A stretch of 64,000 nt of DNA, from positions 63,612,001-63,676,000 of the forward strand of contig OX597820.1 of the NCBI GenBank assembly GCA_951406725.2. Direction: 5' to 3'. Below, piece after piece: positions 53,873-64,000 of this stretch. Position 1 is the first letter of the stretch. Each line of letters opens with the position of its first letter. The notes beneath the pieces were generated by a model, which was not told the origin of the DNA, did no database searches, and worked only from the letters and a program-made list of their open reading frames with translations. The translations under genes and the position numbers were made by a program. This DNA comes from Octopus vulgaris (lineage: Eukaryota).

Positions 53873-54345
53873 TGTTGTTTAACCCCCAGGGTCAACAATG
53901 ATAGCGCAGACTTACAATTAAAGACGTTCCAACTGTGACCAACCTACCTATTGTTTGAAACTTCGTATGTCTTGGACTAATTTATCCCCTGTGTCCTTCT
54001 TTTTCGATGAAAATTTTGTTGGACTTTTCGTTTTATTATTGCTTAACCCCTGGGTCATTCCTGATAGCGCAGGCCTCTATTTAAAAGACTTCATGCTGTG
54101 ACCATCTTTTGTTTGAAACTTACAATATCTTGAACTAATTTGTCCAATCTATCCTCCCTCTTTTCTGAAAGACGGTATTATAAGTTCGATGGAAACTCGG
54201 CTGGACTTTTCCTTTTTGTTGTGGCTTAACCCACAGGTCAGCCCTGATAACGGCAAACTCGTAATCAAAGGCTTTCCGTCTGTGGCGTACCAACCCATCC
54301 TTTGTTTTGTATTTAGTGCATCTTAGACCGACTTATTTGATGTAT
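53873..54345 (+). repeat. Three diverged tandem units of about 165-185 bp, with weaker units to about 54850
   Basis: ttaacccc..ggtca...tgatagcgcag...aaagac...ctgtgacc...tgtttgaaactt...tcttg.actaattt recurs at 53879, 54043 and 54226; degenerate at about 54730. Confidence 0.75.
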
Positions 54346-55198
54346 ATATTGTATATTGTGGAGTCGGTACAATATAATTTGGTGGAAATTTGGCTGCTGT
54401 TTCTGTGAGGTCAGGCGATGGTGGAGATGATCATTCGTTCACCTACATTGTTAATGCTGTTGTTTAACCTTAAATTTTCTGTTTGAACGTAAGTGTAATC
54501 ATAGAAATTACAACATAAAAGCTTCAATATTTTGTTAAGCAATAGCTGGATTTAAACAGTATTAGAGAATGCATCTTTATACAAGATGCATTGTATAAAG
54601 CACAAACGAGAATTTGTGCTTTAAGGGACAGATGACCGCTATCTCTATTATGCCAAATATTCACAGAGAAGCACGAGTTCTTTTGTTGACATGATTATTG
54701 CAAACAGTAAAAGGCATTTTTAGAGCTGTTTAACCCAAAGTAAACACAGATCGAGAAGACTTACGATTAAGGCATTGTTGAGATGTGAACGTCTTCTATT
54801 CGAAGTTAAATCACCTAATTTACCTAGAACTAATTTATCTAAAGTGCTTTAGGATTAACAAAACGTCTCTATAAATTAAGAATCAAATACCTCCCAATCT
54901 AATAATCATCAACTTAAAAATAAGAGTAGCTATTGCGAAATATTGGCTTATCCAAACTAGATGTCATAGATGTCTCGCCTGTTACGGGATCAAAGCTAAG
55001 ACACGGGAATTCATACGCACTCATGAATACACTTTTCTTTATTCTATCAGGAGTAATAGTGTATGTAGGCACGAAAGTGCGTATGTGTGTGTATGTATGA
55101 ATGTGTGTATGTGCGTGTGTGTATATACATATATAGTTGACATTTACAGAAAAACAAAAGACGAAGACATGTGTATGGACAACAAATATATATATGTA

Positions 55199-55252
<54 letters not shown>

Positions 55253-55401
55253 TACACGTAAATATATATACATATATACATATACATATATATACAGCCG
55301 AAATTGCTAAGATGATCCTGTTCCCGACTGAAGATTAGAGGCTTCGAGTCTGTTTTTTTGTGTCGTCTCTTTGTGTGTTTTTGCGTTCTTGTCCCACTTT
55401 G

Positions 55402-55530
<129 letters not shown>

Positions 55531-55840
55531 ACTGGATTGCATAGAATAACAAGGAATAAAAACCATAATTATAATTCATCCTGCAAGGTGATTTCAAATC
55601 GAGGCCAAGTAACCCATGCATCGTCCGCTCCCTCGTCTCCACATGAGAGATCAGATTGTCCGAGATATTTTGACTGAGCCATGCATTTGTTCTTCGTGAC
55701 ATAGAAATGTTTGCCCTCCCATATATAGTTGTTAACAATTGTTATCTGTGTTTTAAGTCTTTGACACTCAAGATAATTTGAAATGGAAAACAGTAGATAT
55801 CTATTGCGTGACTCTTTAGGGAAACACTGACACACAGACT

Positions 55841-55906
<66 letters not shown>

Positions 55907-56059
55907 CACAAACTTAACCCACTGACTTACAATTTCATACCGATACACATGCACAGATATGAATTGATATTTAAATATCAGCGTGTATTATAGTAAAGAC
56001 GCCCTTCCGCAATTAATTACCACGGGAATGGGCAAAGAAAGAAGTTCCCCTCCGATATA

Positions 56060-56257
56060 TGAGTCCGGACATAGTTGTTTATGGAAGGCCGGTAGTCGCC
56101 CGTGCGTATCAGCCTCCCCTCTTCATGCCACCAATGTTATTCAAGGGAAAGGCAAGGTCTGATACACCTTGGCACCAGTAGCGTCGCAACTCATTTCGAC
56201 AGTTCAGTGAACTGGAGTAGCGTGACATATAGTCTCTTCCGCATGAACACAACGTAC
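56060..56257 (-). mobile_element. Partial SINE (family 4, CORE-like segment)
   Basis: gtgaactggagtagcgtgacatatagtctcttccgcatgaacacaacg resembles the reverse of a gttgtgttcttgagcaagacact CORE-type segment; a related relic lies at about 26190-26240. Confidence 0.5.
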
Positions 56258-56268
56258 AGTATATGTAA

Positions 56269-56307
<39 letters not shown>

Positions 56308-56412
56308 TTTATTTATATATATATTATATAATAAATATAGTATATATATATATATATATGTATATATTTACACCTGTATGGATATACACACACACATGCT
56401 CATATTCTTGTG

Positions 56413-56794
56413 TGGAGGTGCAATGTCCCAGTGGTTAGGGGCAGCGGACTCACAGTCGTAAGATTGTGGTTTCGATTCCTAGACCGGGCGTTGTGAGTGT
56501 TTATTGAACGAAAACACCTAAAATTCCACAATGATCCGGCAAGACGTGGTGGCGAACCCTGCTATACTCTTTCTCCACAACCTTCTGTCACTCTTTCTTC
56601 CTATTTCTGTTGTACCTGTCTTTTAAAGGGCCAGCCATGTCACACTCTGTGTCACGCTGATTCTTCCCGAGAACAACTGTAAACATACACGTGTCTGTTG
56701 AATGGTCAACCACTTGCACGTTAATTTTACGGGCAAGCTGTTCTGTTGATTGGATCAGTTGGCACCCTCGTCGTCGTAACCGACGAAATGCCAC
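56413..56794 (+). mobile_element. tRNA-derived SINE (family 3 head, tail type b)
   Basis: The first ~190 bp are homologous to 47489-47670; the 3' half is unrelated and ends cgtcgtcgtaaccgacgaaatgccac. A degenerate relative lies at about 44540-44770. Confidence 0.8.
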
Positions 56795-57464
56795 GCATAT
56801 GCTTATATATTAGTATACTTGGATGAAAAACCTATATTTTTAAAAGTCATAAAGAATAAGTGACGTATATGTTTAGCTTTTATATTTCGGCCTAAAAATT
56901 TAGGTTTAGGTTCTGCTCCTGTTGAAGAGCTGTTGTACCAACACAAGCTTAAGACAAACATATTGCAGGGAAACATGAAAGACATCTGTTGAGACAGGCG
57001 AAGCGTGGGATTAGAACACGTGTATGGATATAGAAGTGTGAATAAAGCAATAACTTCCAGCTCACCAACAACAAGTAAACATCACAACGCCATTAACCTG
57101 AAGAAGAAGGAGGAGGAGGAGTCACAACAACAACAAGTGCCAAAAATATAGTATAAAAAAACTAACATCCAACAACAGGGGTATTAGTATCGAGTAATGT
57201 AGGGTTCAGATCGCAGTTACTGATAAAGACAGCAGATAAAATCCGAGTTTTCAACATATTAATAACAAACAGCTGCTGTGGATATTTGATAACTCTACAA
57301 CAACAACAATAACAACGACATCAGCAACAACAACAGCAAAAACAACAACAACATTGTGCTTGTGTGAGTGCATGTGTGTGTGCGTGTGTGTGCGTGTGTG
57401 TATGCGTGTGTGTGTGCGTGTATGTGCGTGTTTGCGTGCGCGTATATATATATGTGTGTGTGTA

Positions 57465-57498
<34 letters not shown>

Positions 57499-57502
57499 CC
57501 TA

Positions 57503-57573
<71 letters not shown>

Positions 57574-57698
57574 GACGGGCTTCTTTCAGTTTCTGTCTTC
57601 CTAATTCCCTCACAATGCTTTGGTTGGCCGGTCAGTATATGTGGTGTTTGTTGCCTAAAATGCCAGATGCCATATACTTTTTGTATCTGTGTCTTCTT

Positions 57699-57744
<46 letters not shown>

Positions 57745-57988
57745 TTGTTTGTTGTATTTGGGGCTGGACAATATTTTTTCTAAATACACACACGTCACAT
57801 CTTCAGCGACACTTTTCGTTTTCGCCTATTTATTACAGTTCTTTCTTTTTTCTAAGATTTCCAGACAATGGACACGAGGATAAGAACAGAAAAAAAAATT
57901 AAGAAAATTTAAGAACATTAATACACACGATTCACATCAGGAATATTGCAACACAAATTGGTAAATGTATATATATATATAAATATAA

Positions 57989-58037
<49 letters not shown>

Positions 58038-58115
58038 TATGTATGTATGATTATATTTGCATATGTATTTACCTATCTACAAACACACATACAAACACAC
58101 ACATATATATATATA

Positions 58116-58293
58116 CATTTATTTACTTCGTTATTCGCAAAAAAGTTCAATTTCTATGTATTCGTATTTAGTATTCCATATTTTCGTATTTTTTGTTGGT
58201 TACGTTCTGTGACGCCCTGTGCTCACATATGCATATGAATATACGTACATATGTAAGTTTGTACAAATACGTATGTATATATGCATATATATA

Positions 58294-58331
<38 letters not shown>

Positions 58332-58607
58332 AATAATATATATATGCATATATATATATATATTATTTATATTATATATATGCATATATATATTATTTAT
58401 ATTATATATATATATATAATATAAATAATATATATATATGCATATATACATACGTATTTGTACAAACTTACATATGTACGTATATTCATATGCATATGTG
58501 AGCACAGGGCGTCACAGAACGTAACCAACAAAAAAATACAAAAATATGGAATACTAAATACGAATACATAGAAACTGAACTTTTGCGATTAACGAAGTAA
58601 ATAAATG
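58116..58607. repeat. Near-perfect ~490-bp palindrome (arms about 180 bp, AT-repeat centre)
   Basis: catttatttacttcgtt...ttggttacgttctgtgacgccctgtgctcacatatgc...tacgtatgtatatatgca is mirrored by tgcatatatacatacgta...gtgagcacagggcgtcacagaacgtaacca...aacgaagtaaataaatg with only a few mismatches. Confidence 0.92.
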
Positions 58608-58926
58608 GCAAACAAGTTACGCCACATAAAGTAGGACCCTTCATCAGTTGTTGGCTTTTTTTTCCTCATCCGTATTTCGAACGGAGTATGTGAGGAGGCG
58701 TGGGTATTAGTGTATGCGTGTGTGGCCTATGTAGGTGTCCATTGAAACTATACAATCTGATTTGCAGACTATCCCAAGTACCTTGTATAACTCTTTGTTC
58801 AAAACGTGCCTCTTATACGCCAAAGGAGTATATTTTCGTCATAGTTTCATTACCAAACATATTAATATATCAAGTCCTCTTTCTGTCTAACTCTTTATTC
58901 ATTTACACACACACATATAGGTTCTA

Positions 58927-59007
<81 letters not shown>

Positions 59008-59085
59008 AGTCTCTCTCTCTCTCTCTCTCTCTCGCTCTGTACATATATATATATATACACCCCCCCACGTATATATATATATATA

Positions 59086-59132
<47 letters not shown>

Positions 59133-59819
59133 CAAACACAGATAGGCACATATGTTTATATATATATATATATGTATGTTTGTCTTTATATATGTATATG
59201 TGTGTGTGCATGTGTGTGTGTGAGTGTACACAGATACACACAGACAAACAGACACATATATATATACACATGTATAAATATATATGCATACATGCACACA
59301 TATACAAACAACATACCGTTAAAACGATTTTCCCTTTCTCGTCACGCTCTTGACGCGCCAAACGATATTGAATAACACTCACACGCACACGTGTATCTGG
59401 ATATCATATTGTGATTCAGAATAGAAATAGGAGGAGGATGAGGAGGGAGGAAAACATAAAAAACACGGAAGAATGTCACAAATATTATAAATGAAAAAAG
59501 GAAAGTTGAGAAAGTTTAGCAAGTCAGCTATAAAAAAAAAAAGGAGAGAAAATTAGTAAGAAAAGAGAACTTGAAGTATAAACAAACGTGCGGGTCTCTT
59601 ACAGCCGAACTGTATTCAGAGGGGTGAAAAGATTTTATTTTGACATATATACAAAACACAGGAATCCTTATTAATTACTCACGTAAAGATAAATTGTGTG
59701 ACGGACGTTATGATGTGATACATACTTGAACTTAGAAATTTACATCTCTCGACACCACGCAACTTACTTCAGGATATACATATAGACACACATACACGCA
59801 TACATGCATACAATCATAC

Positions 59820-59850
<31 letters not shown>

Positions 59851-59976
59851 CATACATACATACATACATACTTACATACATATATAGATACATACAAATA
59901 AACTTACGTACATACGCACGTACATACATGCGTATATATGTCTATGTATGTATATATATATATATATAAATACGTT

Positions 59977-60012
<36 letters not shown>

Positions 60013-60014
60013 TA

Positions 60015-60056
<42 letters not shown>

Positions 60057-60116
60057 TATATATAAATATATATACATACATACATATTTACATACATACA
60101 CACATATATATATATG

Positions 60117-60170
<54 letters not shown>

Positions 60171-60171
<1 letters not shown>

Positions 60172-61018
60172 CTTAGAAATAACTTGGAAAGGTTTTGGCC
60201 AGAATTGGCCCAGGCCATGTCTAACTTAATAGCACCACCTGGCGAAGTCTTTCAATTCAGGATTTGGGCACCGAGGCCCATTCGAGCAGAGAGTTATTGT
60301 TTGCGGAGACATATCCGGGTGTGGGTGGTTTGTCCGGGACTGTCTGAAGGAATTTGTCCAAAGACTTCTTGAATTTTGTGTGGTCAGTTTCTGTTTTGAC
60401 ATGTCCTGGTGTAATGTTGAAGAGAGCGGGTCCAATTGAGGTGAAATAATTGTGCCGTATTGTCGTTATGTGATGCGATTTAGATTTTTGTTGTGGACGG
60501 ATAGTACGTGATCCAAGCCTTGGATGTATTTTAAAGGTGATGCCAACATCATTCGGACAGTGCTGATGGAATATTTTCCACATCATACAGATAATGTAGC
60601 ATTCACGACGTCGTTGGAGTGAATACAGTTTCAGCTTCTCTAGTCTACTCCAGTAGTCAAGGTCTGACATGCCATCTATCTTTTTTGTGATTGACCTTTG
60701 GGGAGCTTCAATTCTCATAATATTTTGTTTTGTGTAGGGAGACCACAGTGGACAGCAGTATTCAAGGTGGGGTCGGGCAAAAGTGGAGAAGAGAAGGATA
60801 ATAGTGTGGGAATCTCTCGACTGGAAGGTTCTGAGAATCCAGGAACACATTCTGCGGGCCATGTCAACTTTGCTGCTTATATGTGTAGCCCAGCTTATGT
60901 TGTTGTCCACTGTTACTCCCAAATCTCTGCTGTTGTTGGACGCCATGAGAATTTCTCCACAAGGAAGGGAGTATGGGAGTTTCAGAGCGTCCTCCCTTCC
61001 AAAGTGGATCAGTTCGAA
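60171..61018 (-). mobile_element. 5'-truncated CR1-group LINE with uninterrupted ORF2 C-terminus and short 3' UTR
   Basis: About 250 open codons: FELIHFG...RDLGVTVDNNISWATHI...WILRTFQSRD...RPHLEYCCPLWSPY...QRSITKKI...LDYWSRLEKLKLYSLQRRR...FKKSLDKFLQTVPDKP...NSLLEW, stop at 60257. The 3' end runs into (TA)n. Confidence 0.92.
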
Positions 61019-61369
61019 CGCACGCAACAAACATACACACATATATACACGTGATAGAGCCGACATTTTGTTTATTTATTGTCTTTTTTGAAACCGAACT
61101 GTAAATGTTACAATGGGGATCAAACAATATATATACCCGGATGAAAGCAAAAAAAAAAAAACAATATAATGACTTGGCGCTCTCATTCATCTTTCGTCTC
61201 TTTTAAAAAATAAAATGGATGTGCCGTGATTTCTATGTTCTCATGAGACCTTAGATATTGATATGCATTGCAGATTAATCTATGCGTATGAACTCATACC
61301 CGCCCATACATGTTTGTATATTCATAAATATATACGCTTATATATAATCATTAGTCTCAGATTTTTGCA

Positions 61370-61540
61370 CAGGGCCAGCAACTTTGATAGAGGATTGAAC
61401 TGGTGTTTATTTTATCGACCTCGAACGGATGAAAGAAAAAGTCGATCTCGGTGGAATTTGAACTGAATAACCTAAAAACGGACGAAATACCGCGAAGTAT
61501 TTTTCACGGCTTTTAAACGATTCTACAATCTGGCCGTCTT
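61370..61540 (-). mobile_element. Diverged SINE family 2 copy
   Basis: actggtgtttattttatcgacctcgaacggatgaaagaaaaagtcgatctcggtggaatttgaact. Confidence 0.75.
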
Positions 61541-63351
61541 GCGTTTATACATAATTACCTACAAACAGAATAGTGGAGCTAAATTGTTTTATTACACATA
61601 TTTACAATCGTTTCACAGGAATTCGAACTCAAGAGTGTTGTTATATTATTATGTAATATATGAAACTACAAGCTCCTGATGTAAACTTACATCGAGACAA
61701 TCGAATGTCAGCTCATCAGAATTATATATATAATTTATTTGCATATGTCCTATATACATATAGGATTCCGAGGAGCTGAAACTCAATTCTATCGATATTA
61801 TGATGCGTCTTGAGTAAATTAATGCATATATTATATAATAATATAACAATCCAATTGTATGCGAACCCCAGGGGAACATTTGTAAATTTATGTAATAACA
61901 TAATTCGCCAATTTCATTCTCCTTGTTAATAATTGTGTAATTTTTACAAATATTCAGGATTTTGGGGGAAAATGATTTGTAAAGTATCAGTTTCCGATTT
62001 ATAGTCATATCCGATAACCTGTACCCAACGATGAGCATCGAAGAGTAAATTCCAGGGATAATACCCGGATGAAATTTCTGTGCATACATACATACATGCA
62101 TACATACATATATGTATGCATATATATGTAGCAATTCCATTCGGATGCTATACTTTTTTTGTCATCGTATATAGCATGAAAATATTTACATGCACACACA
62201 CACACACGCACGCACGCACACATATGCAAATACACACGCACATACACAGTCACACGCACGCACACAAAATGGAATAGTATCTGAGAAAAGTATTTACACT
62301 TTTATCAAAATAAACTACCGGTTTCAATTATTTAACAACTATTCATGCAATAAAAAAATCGAACGTAGATTGAATCAAATTATATATACCTTTCAGACTG
62401 GGGCTTTGAAAGTTCACGCGTTTTTTAATTAATATTTACATGCTGGTCGTGGCAGGCCACTTTATGATACGTACAAAGTCAGAATATCAACAGTAACATT
62501 ATGGACATTGACATCGGTTTATTGTTCCTACTCGGAGCAACAGAAGCCTTGGTAGTGTTGATATTCAGGTGTCGTTCGTAATAGTAGAGAACGTGTATGT
62601 TGATGGTCGAATTTTTATTAGCACCAATGGCAGGAGTCAAAGAAGTGATGTTGATATCCGCTTCATTAGCAAAAGTAGAAGTTGCATTAGTGACTGAAAA
62701 AAATAATCACATTAGTAATGATGGAAATGGTAGGAACTCACAGTATAGTATTAACAGTCCTTCTCCCTCTTTTAGTAACGACAAAGGTGTTAGTACCCGT
62801 AGCCCGTAGCACATTAATAATTGCAGCAGTGTCTGTAGTGGTAGCACCAGCAATTTCACCAGTAGCACTAGTATTTGTAGCATAAGGAATAGTCATTTTT
62901 TCATTGCCCGCCTGCTTAAGAGTGGTAAGTATTTCGTTACAAAAGTAGTTTCTTTGTTATGCGATGCTATTGCAATGTGCCATCGGCAAATTCACACACG
63001 GGAAAAGGGGTAAAATTTGGCTCTTTCTTACGTTCGAATGCAAAAACATCACGGATTTTCACTATTCCTTAAAGGCATACCAGGTATTTTACACAACAAT
63101 GTCACAGAGATCTAGTTACAGTGGGGATCAAACAATTAGCATCTAAACAAGTGGAAAAATTAATTTGCTTATGTCTACCTTTGATACTTTCTCATTCAAT
63201 GAACAATGACACTCAGACACACTTATATATATTACTGGTTTCTGTCCATGTTTCGCATATAAAACTTCATACAAATTCCAAGTTACTTTCTTAGTTCAGT
63301 TTGCTTAACATATAAGTGTGTGTGTGCCTGTACGAGTATATTCATAGATAG

Positions 63352-63403
<52 letters not shown>

Positions 63404-63619
63404 GTACATGCATATATCTCTATATAAGCAGGTAAATGTGCGTGCGTGTGTGTTTGTAATAATTTGTGCTGTATGGTACTTGACATAATAGAAATTGTCT
63501 ATGTTAAAATTCATACTACTGGGCACTGAGTTGTTGCTCTTAGCTGTTTTATTCACAAACAAACACTTATATATATATATAAATATACATTTACACACAC
63601 ATACATATATATGTTCATT

Positions 63620-63673
<54 letters not shown>

Positions 63674-64000
63674 ATATACATATATACATACGTACGTACA
63701 TACATATGTATATTCCTATACATATATTCACGGATATATGTATTTTGTGTCTGTGTCGGAATGTGGGTATCATGTCAACAAAACCAGACAAATGTTATCC
63801 AATATCAACGACATTCTAATAGTCTGTTTTGAATTCTGTAAGTATACATTGCTGTGAAGAAAATCGGTAATTTATGTATATTTTCAAGAAATCTCCCTAG
63901 GTGTTCAGAATTATTTCCTATATATAAATTTGAATCGCTTGCTTTACTATTTATTTAACATTCATCTTTTTCTGCAGTCTACATGTTACGTCTGTTGAAT

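Noticed and set aside
58608-58660. Minus-strand CTGATGA as a possible hammerhead
   Set aside because: No GAAA box follows a pairable stem II downstream, and the upstream GAAA does not give convincing stems for a permuted topology.

Overview
A 64-kb gene-poor, AT-rich, microsatellite-saturated eukaryotic interval. The SINE types and the density of (TA)n/(CA)n/(GATA)n suggest a coleoid cephalopod such as Octopus (inference). I recognise no host protein-coding exon; almost all listed ORFs are translated microsatellites. The window holds decayed mobile DNA: a Tx1/L1-like LINE with a tandem-repeat 5' region, CR1-like and R4/Dong-like LINE fragments, three TIR-bounded mariner relics, a 9-bp-TSD foldback MITE, a TA-flanked MITE cluster, a Gypsy integrase scrap, many tRNA-derived SINEs and a solitary 5S rRNA pseudogene. 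The most notable signal is a set of short non-coding elements embedded in (TA)n tracts that carry type I hammerhead ribozyme motifs of three unrelated sequence families (7.0/36.4 kb, 30.3 kb, 38.4/38.8 kb), two with inverted duplications. The 38.2-39.0 kb locus has a 360-bp tandem period plus an inverted copy, as expected of a Penelope pseudo-LTR or a retrozyme (circRNA-forming) unit. Two families show a CCGACGA variant core.
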